Positions 49,126 through 58,256 of a DNA stretch of 64,000 bases are shown one piece after another. The DNA comes from Spirochaetia bacterium (GTDB lineage Bacteria; Spirochaetota; Spirochaetia; SZUA-6; Bin103). The first letter of the stretch is position 1; each line of letters opens with the position of its first letter. Made by a program: the position numbers and the translations under genes. The notes below the pieces were generated by a model that saw only the letters and a program-made list of their open reading frames with translations, had not been told where the DNA came from and did no database searches. Location: NCBI GenBank assembly GCA_965208575.1, contig CBDBOV010000006.1:192001-256000 (forward strand), written 5' to 3'.

Positions 49126-51112
49126 TTAGTCCGAGGTTTGAGAGGCCGTTCTTGTAACTGTTTCCTATTACAGGAATTAGCGTGTTCATGGGTGTAAATC
49201 GTGTCCATGTAAATAGTCCTGTGGTTCAGCGTTAATTTTCTCTCATCTGGTTGACATGTAATTATTAAATGATCTACCATTCCCTCCGTAGGGTGCCCAT
49301 GTACATCGACACCGTCCCCAACCGCAACTCTCCCCCAGCCGTCCTCCTCCGCGAGTCCTTCCGCCAGCACGGCAAGGTCAAAAAACGCACCATCGCCAAC
49401 CTCTCCAAGTGGCCCGATCACCTCGTCGAGGGTTTGCGCGTCCTCCTCAACGGCGGTATCGCTCTGCGCTCTCCCAACGAACTGCTCTCCATCTTGCGCA
49501 GCTATCCCCACGGCCACGTCGCCGCCGTCCTCGGTTCCCTCCGCAAGCTCTCCCTCCATTCCCTCGTCGCTCGTCCCGCCTCCCGTGAACGCGACCTGGT
49601 CGTCGCCATGATCGTCGCTCGCGTCGTCGACGCTCGCTCCAAACTCGCCACCGCTCGCGGCCTGAACCCCGAAAGCGCCGTCTCCTCCCTCGGCCACCTG
49701 CTGCAGTTGGGAGCCGTCGACGAGAATGAGCTGTATGCCGCCATGGATTGGCTGCTCGCTCGCCAGCACGGCATCGAGCAGCGCTTGGCCAAGCGCCATC
49801 TGCATGACAACACGCTCATGTTGTACGACCTGACTTCCAGTTACTTCCATGGCCACACCTGCCCGTTGGCGCGCCGTGGTCACAGCCGCGACGGCAAACG
49901 CGGCACCTTGCAGATCGTGTTCGGCCTGCTGTGTACCGCAGACGGCTGTCCCATCGCCGTCGAGGTATTCGAGGGCTCCACCAGTGACCCCAAGACGGTC
50001 GCCGCTCAGGTCGACAAGATTCGCAACCGTTTCGGCTTGCAGCGCGTCGTGCTGGTCGGCGACCGCGGCATGCTCACCGGCGCGCGCATCCGCGAGGACC
50101 TGCAGGGGATCGACGGCCTGCGCTGGATCACGACCCTGCGGGCGCCCACCATCCGCAAGCTGATCGAGGCCGGCGAAGTGGCGCAGACCATGTTCGACGA
50201 GCGTGACCTGGCGGAGATCAGCTCACCCGAGTTCCCCGGCGAGCGGCTGATCGTGTGCCGCAACCCGATCCTGGCCGAGCAACGGCAGCGCAAGAGGCAG
50301 AAGTTGCTGGCCTCCACGGAGGAGGAACTGACGCCGATCGTGACGGCCACGCAGCGCGCCAAAAAGCCGCTGCGCGGCGCCGCCGCGATCGGCCTGCGGG
50401 TGGGCAAGGTGATCAACCACTACAAGGTGGGCAAGCATTTCACCACCACCATCACCGACGACTCGTTCTCGTTCGTGCGTGACCTGGACAAGATCGCGGC
50501 CGAGGAAGAACTGGACGGGCTCTACATCGTGCGCTCCAACGTGGAGCCGGAGCTGTTCGACGCCGAGCAGACGGTGACGGCGTACAAGGACTTGGCCAAG
50601 GTGGAACGTGCGTTCCGCAGCATGAAGACGGTGGATCTGAAGGTGCGACCGATCTATCACCGCAGCGCAGACCGGGTGCGGGCGCACGTGTTCCTGTGCA
50701 TGCTGGCCTACTACGTGGAGTGGCACATGCGCAGCAAGCTGGCGCCGGTGCTGTTCGACGACCACGACCGCGCCGCCGGCGAGGCGCTGCGCGAGTCGGT
50801 GGTGCAACCGGCGGAACGCTCACCGGCCGCACACCGGAAGGCGGCGAGCAAGCGTACCGACGACGGTCTGCCGGTGCACAGCTTTCGCAGCCTGATGAGC
50901 GAGTTGGGGACGCTGACGGCCAACCGCGTGCGGATAGTGGATAGCGGCGCCACGTTCACCATGCACAGCGAACCGACCGCGCTGCAGCAGCGCTGTTTCG
51001 ATCTCCTGGAGGTCAGCGCCCAAGTGTAGCCAGTAACGGACATCGGCTGTTGAGCGCAATTTTCAGATCAATAACGAATTAACAAGATTCCCGCTCTGGA
51101 ACTTCGGGTTAG
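49126..51112 (+). mobile_element. IS1634-family element
   Basis: Imperfect IRs tccgaggtttgagag / ctctggaacttcggg flanked by TTAG direct repeats (49126, 51109). Confidence 0.8.
49299..51029 (+). CDS. IS1634 transposase
   Basis: MYIDTVPNRNSPPAVLLRES, YDLTSSYF, VGDRGM, VERAFRSMK...RPIYH. Confidence 0.95.
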   Translation: MYIDTVPNRNSPPAVLLRESFRQHGKVKKRTIANLSKWPDHLVEGLRVLLNGGIALRSPNELLSILRSYPHGHVAAVLGSLRKLSLHSLVARPASRERDLVVAMIVARVVDARSKLATARGLNPESAVSSLGHLLQLGAVDENELYAAMDWLLARQHGIEQRLAKRHLHDNTLMLYDLTSSYFHGHTCPLARRGHSRDGKRGTLQIVFGLLCTADGCPIAVEVFEGSTSDPKTVAAQVDKIRNRFGLQRVVLVGDRGMLTGARIREDLQGIDGLRWITTLRAPTIRKLIEAGEVAQTMFDERDLAEISSPEFPGERLIVCRNPILAEQRQRKRQKLLASTEEELTPIVTATQRAKKPLRGAAAIGLRVGKVINHYKVGKHFTTTITDDSFSFVRDLDKIAAEEELDGLYIVRSNVEPELFDAEQTVTAYKDLAKVERAFRSMKTVDLKVRPIYHRSADRVRAHVFLCMLAYYVEWHMRSKLAPVLFDDHDRAAGEALRESVVQPAERSPAAHRKAASKRTDDGLPVHSFRSLMSELGTLTANRVRIVDSGATFTMHSEPTALQQRCFDLLEVSAQV

Positions 51113-51190
51113 TAGGTGACCAGCGCAGTGGAGTTGGATGCCAAATCCCGGCCGGAGCCCAAGCGCAGCCGCTCTCCGATACCGTCGGAC

Positions 51191-51682
51191 TCACGGTGGG
51201 TATCCTGAACGGGTCGTGACTGCTCCATCACTACTTGGTGACAACGGTGTCTCGAACTCGCGCTCGTTTCCACGGAGCCATAGGTCGATCGTTCGCGAGG
51301 TCTTATCCACCAGCTCGCGGCGCAATGCGCACTGCCAAACAACAGCCACTCGCCAACCGTGGTCCAGCAACTGCTGCCGGTTGCGTCGATCTCGTTCGAC
51401 ATTCGCTCTGAACTTAGCCTGCCAGAAGGCGCGACGCGTAGCGGGATCGGTCGTCTGGGGACAGCCTGGATGCCGATGCCAGAAACAGCCGTGGACGAAG
51501 CAAGCTGCCCGGAAGCGAGGGAAGGCAAGGTCCGGCGTTCCGGGAAGCCTACGAACATGGAGGCGGTATCTCAGCCCGCGTGCGTGAAGCGAGCGACGTA
51601 AGGCGAACTCCGGTTTCGTGTCCTTCGTGGGGACGCTCGCCATGATGCGCGATCGCGTCGCCCTATCTACCGTGTCGGACAA
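51191..51682 (-). CDS. vsr: Very short patch repair endonuclease
   Basis: RSRIMA....DTKPE, LPGTPD, FVHGCFWHRH, FWQAKF..N.ERD. Confidence 0.95.
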   Translation of the reverse strand: MSDTVDRATRSRIMASVPTKDTKPEFALRRSLHARGLRYRLHVRRLPGTPDLAFPRFRAACFVHGCFWHRHPGCPQTTDPATRRAFWQAKFRANVERDRRNRQQLLDHGWRVAVVWQCALRRELVDKTSRTIDLWLRGNEREFETPLSPSSDGAVTTRSGYPP

Positions 51683-51743
51683 CGTGTGGGCCGAGCTTGC
51701 GACCGCAACCGTAGAACGAGTGTCGGCACTGCTGTCGATCGTG

Positions 51744-52823
51744 TCATGCGAGACCGCGGTCGGAAAGGTGCGAAGCTATCGCACGGCCAATAACCTGACC
51801 GAGCAGTACGGGAACGGCGTTACCGATCATCCGTCCGATTCTCTTGAACTGTATCGTCTCACCCGGCGCGACGAATCGATAGTCGTAGGGGAACGACTGC
51901 AGGATCGCACCCTCGCGCAAAGACAAAGCTCGGTCCTGTTCCGGATGGCCGAATCGGCCGTTTCCAAATCCATAGAACTGCGTCGTGATCGTCGGCGAGG
52001 GCTCGTCGAATCGCATTCGGCCATAAACGGATTTGTAACCGCGTCCCGATTCTAGGCGATGACACGGCGCCACCAACTCCTCTTCCCAATCCTTCCAACT
52101 GCCCCCCGGCTTAGACGCTTTAATACGTCTCAGATTGATCGGCGACAGGCGGCTTGCTGTATGCAATGAATCTCCAGGATGCGTCTCACCGGCAGCCAAC
52201 GGCGGAAGGTCCCCGATTGCCTGCTCCACGGTCCGATAGCAGCCGAGTGCGTGAGTCGGCCCTTCCAATTCCACGGCCCCGTGCAACGATGCCACCACAA
52301 CCAACCGATATCGCCGTTGCGGAAGACCGTATTCGGGTAGAAACACTACCCGATGATCCATGGTGTATCCTGCTTCGCCCAGCGCATCCAACAAGTTGCC
52401 GAAGACGTGGCCGTCACGATAATCCATCAGACGGGGAACATTCTCCATCGACACGACATCCGGCCTCGTGTCGGCGACAAGCTCACCGAAACGCCCCACC
52501 AGTCTCCAGTTCGGATCATCATTCTTTTGATTGTAACGTGAGAACGGCTGGCACGGCGCACAGCCGACCAGAATTCGTGGACCATCGGGCTCGAATAACG
52601 GCTCGATCTCCTCCGACCTTAGATGGTCGACGTCACGCAGGACGAATCTTGCGTTGTTGTTGTGCTCGAACGGATACCGGCAATGCATGTCGACGTCTAT
52701 CCCGGCCGCTATGTGGAATCCTTCTCTGAGCATTCCGTGTGCTAGCCCACCGGCCCCGCAGAACACGTCCACGACGGAACCCGGAGCGCTCGAACGTCGT
52801 GAGTCCCGAGCCCTTTCACTCAT
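51744..52823 (-). CDS. dcm: C5 DNA cytosine methyltransferase
   Basis: FCGAGG, GCAPCQPFS, MENVP, PQRRYR, REGAILQSFP, IGNAVP. Confidence 0.95.
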   Translation of the reverse strand: MSERARDSRRSSAPGSVVDVFCGAGGLAHGMLREGFHIAAGIDVDMHCRYPFEHNNNARFVLRDVDHLRSEEIEPLFEPDGPRILVGCAPCQPFSRYNQKNDDPNWRLVGRFGELVADTRPDVVSMENVPRLMDYRDGHVFGNLLDALGEAGYTMDHRVVFLPEYGLPQRRYRLVVVASLHGAVELEGPTHALGCYRTVEQAIGDLPPLAAGETHPGDSLHTASRLSPINLRRIKASKPGGSWKDWEEELVAPCHRLESGRGYKSVYGRMRFDEPSPTITTQFYGFGNGRFGHPEQDRALSLREGAILQSFPYDYRFVAPGETIQFKRIGRMIGNAVPVLLGQVIGRAIASHLSDRGLA

Positions 52824-52934
52824 GCAGAGCGCTCCCGGCGACGACCGTCTATCGGCGAGTCCATGGACCCGAGGTGCCGCGACTCCGTTTGTCGACAGGC
52901 TCCAAGAATCATGATGGTCTCAGTACGCATCGGC

Positions 52935-53606
52935 CTACGCTTTTCGTTGCAGTTTAAGGATTCGGTCCAAAGATTGCCAAAGCGTACGGTTCCGTTGTGT
53001 GGCTGCTTGCATTGACAAGCTCGACTTCAGTGTGGTCAGTCCTCGCATTCCATACATCGACGTGACGAGGCACAACAAGAGCTCGAATGACGACTCTGCG
53101 GCCAACGGGAAGGTCGGGTTTCGCTCGGGCACTGGAAGTGCATTGGCGATCTGACTCTCTGTGGCACCCATCGATTGGCATGGCTGCGCGTGATAGTAAT
53201 TATGATTGTCGCCGTCTTCCGGTGTTTCATATCTGAGCCCCAGGAACACCGGACGCGTGGCGCTGCTGTCTGCCCTTGGTGTCGACGGGTTCGCTGACCA
53301 AAGGCCCAAGTAGAAGGCGCACTTTGGAAGCGGCAATTCGAAATTCCAGCGACACCAGATCGCGGCTATTGCATGTTTCTCCCTGGGCGGTGGTTGGATG
53401 TAGATCGCTTCTGCTTCGCTGAACTGGCCGCGCCTACGATGTAGTAGGTAAGTCTCAAGTTGCATCTCGGTCAGAGGACTGAACGCTCGTGTGGCATTTT
53501 CGACGGAATATGACCTGTGCGGCCCGCGACGTTGCATCTGTATGCCTTCGTTCAGCAGCAAGCGTAGCACGGACAGGATGGCTTTTTGCTCGTCGGTCGC
53601 GGGCAA
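52935..53606 (-). CDS. Hypothetical protein with RYETPE...HNYYHAQ motif
   Basis: 223 aa ORF starting 3 nt after the receiver stop; island-like composition. Confidence 0.7.
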   Translation of the reverse strand: MPATDEQKAILSVLRLLLNEGIQMQRRGPHRSYSVENATRAFSPLTEMQLETYLLHRRRGQFSEAEAIYIQPPPREKHAIAAIWCRWNFELPLPKCAFYLGLWSANPSTPRADSSATRPVFLGLRYETPEDGDNHNYYHAQPCQSMGATESQIANALPVPERNPTFPLAAESSFELLLCLVTSMYGMRGLTTLKSSLSMQAATQRNRTLWQSLDRILKLQRKA

Positions 53607-53609
53607 TGT

Positions 53610-54896
53610 TCACTTCCCGAATGCAAAGCGTCGCTGTGGTCCGTAGTGCACTCCTTCAAGACGCTTGACGAACCTCCGGTCGAACGCGTTGTGGAACCCG
53701 GCACGGAACTCCTGTCCCTCCGCGACGTCGGTGAAGATAGAACAGTCCTCCATGAATGCAATACTCGGAACCGACGAATAGTCGAAGCTCGCTCTCAGTT
53801 GTTTGATACTCTCGTTCGCTTCCAGTCTCTGACACCACACGGCAGGTCTAGACAAGCACTCCGCGGGTTGAAACCAATGGCTCTCGTCGATCATGACCTT
53901 CAGACGCTCCGGCCGGTGTATGGCCTCGTTCCACGCCCCCGCATTCGACACATCGTCTCCCAACAGGAACGGAAATCGACTTAACATATGTGGAACGTCG
54001 ATCAGAACGTCCTGTGGGCCAAGCACTTCCCTCTCGAGCCACTTGCCTATTCTTGCGGCGCCAAAGCGAACAGCGGCCACCAAGTCCGTCTCCAACAGGG
54101 ATCTCGAATCGAGACCATTCGCCGTCGTCGAAAGGAACGATCTCAGTGTTTGTTTTTCGAGAGTCTCGAAGTCCTCCGCATCCGGCGCAATGAAGCCGAA
54201 CGCCGAATCGGAGAGTCGGGCGACATCGTCGAGTTGCATACCGAATATCTCGATTATCGGTCGGTCCAGAGCTTCGCTCATGGCACTCTCCCGGGCGCGT
54301 TGAGCCTCGACAGCCCCAGAGAGAACCTGCCACGTCCAGGGGCGGAATCCCTTCCAAGCGTGTCTCCGCCACAAGCCTGGAGCCCAAAGTCGCCGCGCGT
54401 CGATGTTCAGGTCTGCATGGCTTGCAAGATCAGCTCGCATGCTCAGATCGAAGTCGATGTGCCGAAACTGATTGAGGACAACGACTACCGAGCAATCAGA
54501 GAACATACGTGCAAGTCGCGCCAGACTCTCGCCGGTGTACTCGGTATTGTCGTCGGAAATGTGTATGAGATCGTAGTCGATGATCAGGATATCGACTCCG
54601 TCGAACAGGCAAGGTTCGTCCTTCTGCTTCGGTGAGGTTGCTGCGGGCGCTTCCCCTAGCGCGCTCACTGTCTCGATCTGACGTTTGTCGCCGCCCTCAG
54701 CGATGCACCGCATGTTGACTTCGTACCGTTCGCGAGCTGCTCCCCGTCGACGTAGTAATTCACGGGTGGCGTCATGCACAAACTCGTTCGGCTCGGTACG
54801 TATGTCGTACTCCTTCGGTGCCACGTTCTTGATGTGCTCCACGCACTCTTGCGCCAGTTCGGGATCGTCGTCACAGACGAGTACGGAATAGCTCAT
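53610..54896 (-). CDS. Atypical response-regulator receiver protein with unknown C-terminal domain
   Basis: VLVCDDD acidic pocket, DILIIDYDL phosphoacceptor; GGAG SD before ATG 54896. Confidence 0.75.
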   Translation of the reverse strand: MSYSVLVCDDDPELAQECVEHIKNVAPKEYDIRTEPNEFVHDATRELLRRRGAARERYEVNMRCIAEGGDKRQIETVSALGEAPAATSPKQKDEPCLFDGVDILIIDYDLIHISDDNTEYTGESLARLARMFSDCSVVVVLNQFRHIDFDLSMRADLASHADLNIDARRLWAPGLWRRHAWKGFRPWTWQVLSGAVEAQRARESAMSEALDRPIIEIFGMQLDDVARLSDSAFGFIAPDAEDFETLEKQTLRSFLSTTANGLDSRSLLETDLVAAVRFGAARIGKWLEREVLGPQDVLIDVPHMLSRFPFLLGDDVSNAGAWNEAIHRPERLKVMIDESHWFQPAECLSRPAVWCQRLEANESIKQLRASFDYSSVPSIAFMEDCSIFTDVAEGQEFRAGFHNAFDRRFVKRLEGVHYGPQRRFAFGK

Positions 54897-54901
54897 TTCG
54901 G

Positions 54902-57151
54902 TCAACTCCATGATATGCGAAACGCCGTCGTCCATCCAGGGGACGGCTTAACGAACATTACCCTTGCATGCCTCAGATTCGCTATCATGCGCACGATGGT
55001 CAAACCGAGCCCCATACCGCCCAAGCCAAGCGCGCGCCGTTCCTCCGAGATGCTGACACGTCTGGTGAAAGGCTCGAACAATTCACCCGATCGAGCTGGA
55101 TCGACACCAGATCCATTGTCCTCAATGGTTATCCATGCCCCGCGCCGGCTCCTACCTGCGGCAAATCGGATGCGCCGTCTGTCCAGATCCAGAGTCGCGT
55201 TGGCGGCGTTGACGATGACATTCTGAAACAACGAGTTCCACTCCGCGAAGCTCGCTGCGGGCAAGTAGATGTCGCCGGGGATCGATCCCGTGAATCGAAC
55301 GCCAGGTACGAGCGGACGAACATTCTCAATGACTTGTTTCAACACGGACGCCGCCGACAACGCTTCGACTTCGTCTCTGTCATCTGCGTCCAAAAGAGGT
55401 CCGAACACCCTCCGAGTATCCTCGAGTCTATCGAGCCAGACACCAAACCTAGCGACGATCTCACCGACACGAGGCTCCTTCAAATCCTTCCCTAAACGGT
55501 TCAACGTCCGCACAAGGTGGCGTGCGCGCCGAATCTCCTTTCGGCTCTCGTGTTCCAAAGCAAGAGCCGCCATTCCGGCCGAAGCAAGCGGGCCGAGCAA
55601 TGTCCGAGCGACCTCGTCGGCTTTTCGCTCCTTGTCAATGGTCTCAGAGAGCCCGTCGAACTCGTCCCGCAGAGCCGCGATCGTATCGTCGTCCGGATAG
55701 GATGCGCTGGCATCAAAAAGCAAGGATCGCACGCTGTCGAGTCTTCGTCCCGCCGTCTTTCTCGGTTGCGCTATCTCTGCCTTGCGCTGCTCCCGCAGCC
55801 GCTGCCGTGTCGCATAATAGTCCAGCGACCAGCGTACGGCATCGCGGAGCTGCTCATACGAACGATTCGAAACCAAACGGTCTCTGGTGATCTGGATCTT
55901 GAGAAAGTCACCACGCTCTCTCTGGACATGATCGGCGCGCTCCGCCTCCTGACCCGTATCGATGAGAACCACGCCTAACAGGCGTCCCTGCGTTGGCAGG
56001 TCGTTCAGTGCGCGGCGCACGTGAAGCCGTTCGGGAAGTAGACTCGATTTGTTCCTTCTGTGGGAGTGATCGAACTCAATACCCAACCAGTCCTGTTGAA
56101 CCCCATAGTACGGAAGTCGAAACCCGCCATCATATACCATAACGCCGCCGAACTTGGCGAAGTAGTCGCGAGCGGTCTGGACGTCGATTCCTCCTGGCTG
56201 TCTGCCGGACAGCTTGAAGACTCTGACCTGCCACTTTGCGGACTCAATCACCGGGTCGATGTCAAACGTCTCTGAATACTGCTCTCCACTGCGAAAGGCG
56301 ACTGTCACATGGACGTGGGTTCGGTCCCCGGCCCGCGTCAGCTCACCGGTGATCATCGCCATGTAGTTCCGTAGTGCGAGCATCATTTGGTCCTCGAAGG
56401 AAGCTTCGACTTCGCCTATCGTAGAGCTCAGCTTGATGCGAAAGTCGTCGGCGTCGAGCTTGCGAGTGGCGAGTGAGCCATACCGTGGCAACGGCGACTG
56501 CATCATCCACAACTGGCGGCCGAGATCGCGAATCGCTACCGCATCCCACCGTTGCTTCAAGTTGGTCATCATGACCGTGGTGCCGTGTGGCTTTCGCTTC
56601 GCGAATGATCTTTGGCCCCGCTCGGTCCTGTAGTGCGCTTCGGCCTCGGTGAGTGTACCCGCTTCTATCGCGACGTCCCAGTCGACGGTCGCTCGTAACG
56701 ATCGAGCGGGATCTGACTTGGACGCAGTCATGATTTCGAGTCTATGAGCGAGAAACTGCGCCGAAAGTCTTCCCACCCCCTTGGATCCCGTCACGGTTCG
56801 TCGAAGGTCACGACTGATAGCACGATCCTGCTTGTTTCGCGTCCCGATCGTCATCCAATAGTCGAGGAACTCTCTCTCAGTCATACCGTGACCGTCGTCG
56901 GTCACCGTGATTCTGTTCTTGTCGATAGAAATCGTGCATCGTGTAGCGTCGGCATCGTAGGCGTTCTTTATCAACTCGGCCAAAGCGATATGAGGCTGGC
57001 CCACCAGCCGCTCGCCAAGTTCACGCAACAACGCGGAGTCGGCCTGGAACTTCGCGGTCTGGTATTCGCCTTCGGCGTCGGCTTGCGACGCGCCCACCAT
57101 GGGTGTTCTCCCAAGTGTCGCATCGCGGTGTGTCGCAGTATCGGCCATCAT
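54902..57151 (-). CDS. MORC/GHKL (HATPase_c_3) ATPase fused to a histidine kinase
   Basis: N-term ELIKNAYDADA, DDGHGM, GSKGVGR, HGTTV; C-term H-box LEHESR, N-box QNVIVNA, DNGSGV, FEPF, GMGLGL. Confidence 0.9.
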   Translation of the reverse strand: MMADTATHRDATLGRTPMVGASQADAEGEYQTAKFQADSALLRELGERLVGQPHIALAELIKNAYDADATRCTISIDKNRITVTDDGHGMTEREFLDYWMTIGTRNKQDRAISRDLRRTVTGSKGVGRLSAQFLAHRLEIMTASKSDPARSLRATVDWDVAIEAGTLTEAEAHYRTERGQRSFAKRKPHGTTVMMTNLKQRWDAVAIRDLGRQLWMMQSPLPRYGSLATRKLDADDFRIKLSSTIGEVEASFEDQMMLALRNYMAMITGELTRAGDRTHVHVTVAFRSGEQYSETFDIDPVIESAKWQVRVFKLSGRQPGGIDVQTARDYFAKFGGVMVYDGGFRLPYYGVQQDWLGIEFDHSHRRNKSSLLPERLHVRRALNDLPTQGRLLGVVLIDTGQEAERADHVQRERGDFLKIQITRDRLVSNRSYEQLRDAVRWSLDYYATRQRLREQRKAEIAQPRKTAGRRLDSVRSLLFDASASYPDDDTIAALRDEFDGLSETIDKERKADEVARTLLGPLASAGMAALALEHESRKEIRRARHLVRTLNRLGKDLKEPRVGEIVARFGVWLDRLEDTRRVFGPLLDADDRDEVEALSAASVLKQVIENVRPLVPGVRFTGSIPGDIYLPAASFAEWNSLFQNVIVNAANATLDLDRRRIRFAAGRSRRGAWITIEDNGSGVDPARSGELFEPFTRRVSISEERRALGLGGMGLGLTIVRMIANLRHARVMFVKPSPGWTTAFRISWS

Positions 57152-57388
57152 CAATTGAACCGGTCAACTCGTGGGCATCCCTCATGCCCGCCGGTCGCTC
57201 GCTCAAGCTACTCAATTCTATCACGGATGGCGGTCGAACATGCAACTCGACCGACACTCGTTCTACAACTGTTTCGTCGGAGTGCCTCAACGTGTCGCCG
57301 GATTCAGGCGCACGTGACAGTCACGGCGGCCGGATCCCAGATTGTCCGGCTCGGCAGCGTTGCCAAGCCACGCGCCTCGGCTACATTC

Positions 57389-57924
57389 GGCTACCTCGGG
57401 GCGTTGACGGGCGCGCGTGGTGGAGATGTTACCGCCGATCGCGCAGTTACCGCTGTGGACAGGGCGGTGCGCCGCGCTGCCGCCGGGCGTGACCAGTAGC
57501 CAACATGTACTTCGCCACCACCGCGATCCTGTCGCTGGTCCGCTGGACGCGGCTGGCGAGCGACACCCGCCAAGTTCCTGTCCGCTGCGCCAGGAGATTC
57601 CGTGGTGGCGGGGCAGGTGGCCGGGATGCGTGCGCCCAGATGATCCTGCGCCGCATGGCGGCCTCGTTCGTGAGCCACATCGCGGCGTCGCTCACGCTCA
57701 GCATCCCGGTGATGACATTGGCAACACCTCACTGCCGTCCCTGCGTCCGGGCAAGAAGACGCACAGGATCAGTTGCGGCCTGCTGATGCAGAGCGGCAGA
57801 GCGGCAGAGCGCAGAAGCATATCCTCAATCTGACCCGCTGGTTGATGACCCGGTACTGTACATGTCGCGACCGTACCGGCGTCCAACCTCATCGCCGCCG
57901 CCGACCCCTACCCGCCCGACCTGA
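57389..57924 (+). pseudogene. Decayed duplicate of the 3' half of permease 47672..48817
   Basis: Colinear matches e.g. atgtacttcgcca, gagccacatc..tcgctcacgctcagcatcccg, gccgccgacccctac; many indels. Confidence 0.85.
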
Positions 57925-58256
57925 CCTGACAACACGAACACGGGAAGATCGCGGGTTCTCTCGATCAGTGACCACGCCAATCACTGACTCCTACAAGCTT
58001 CGCTGTCATCACGGCCAACGATCCAGGGCCGACCCCTCACCGCGCCCTCGGCCTCGCACCACATCGCCATTTGCTAGTGCAGCGCGCGCAACGAATATGC
58101 GGCTCAGTCGAGTCAGCGCTCTGCGGAAGCGCATGTACTCCACTTGTTACGGCAAAAGCATCACCGAGGGTCCGTAGACACTAGCGCCAGCCCCCCCCAA
58201 TTTCCCACCAATCGTGTGATTCTTCCAACTGTATTTCGCAATAGGAACCCACTATC

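Noticed and set aside
57389-57924. DGR template/variable repeat pair with the permease
   Set aside because: Differences include many indels, are not adenine-specific, and no RT is present
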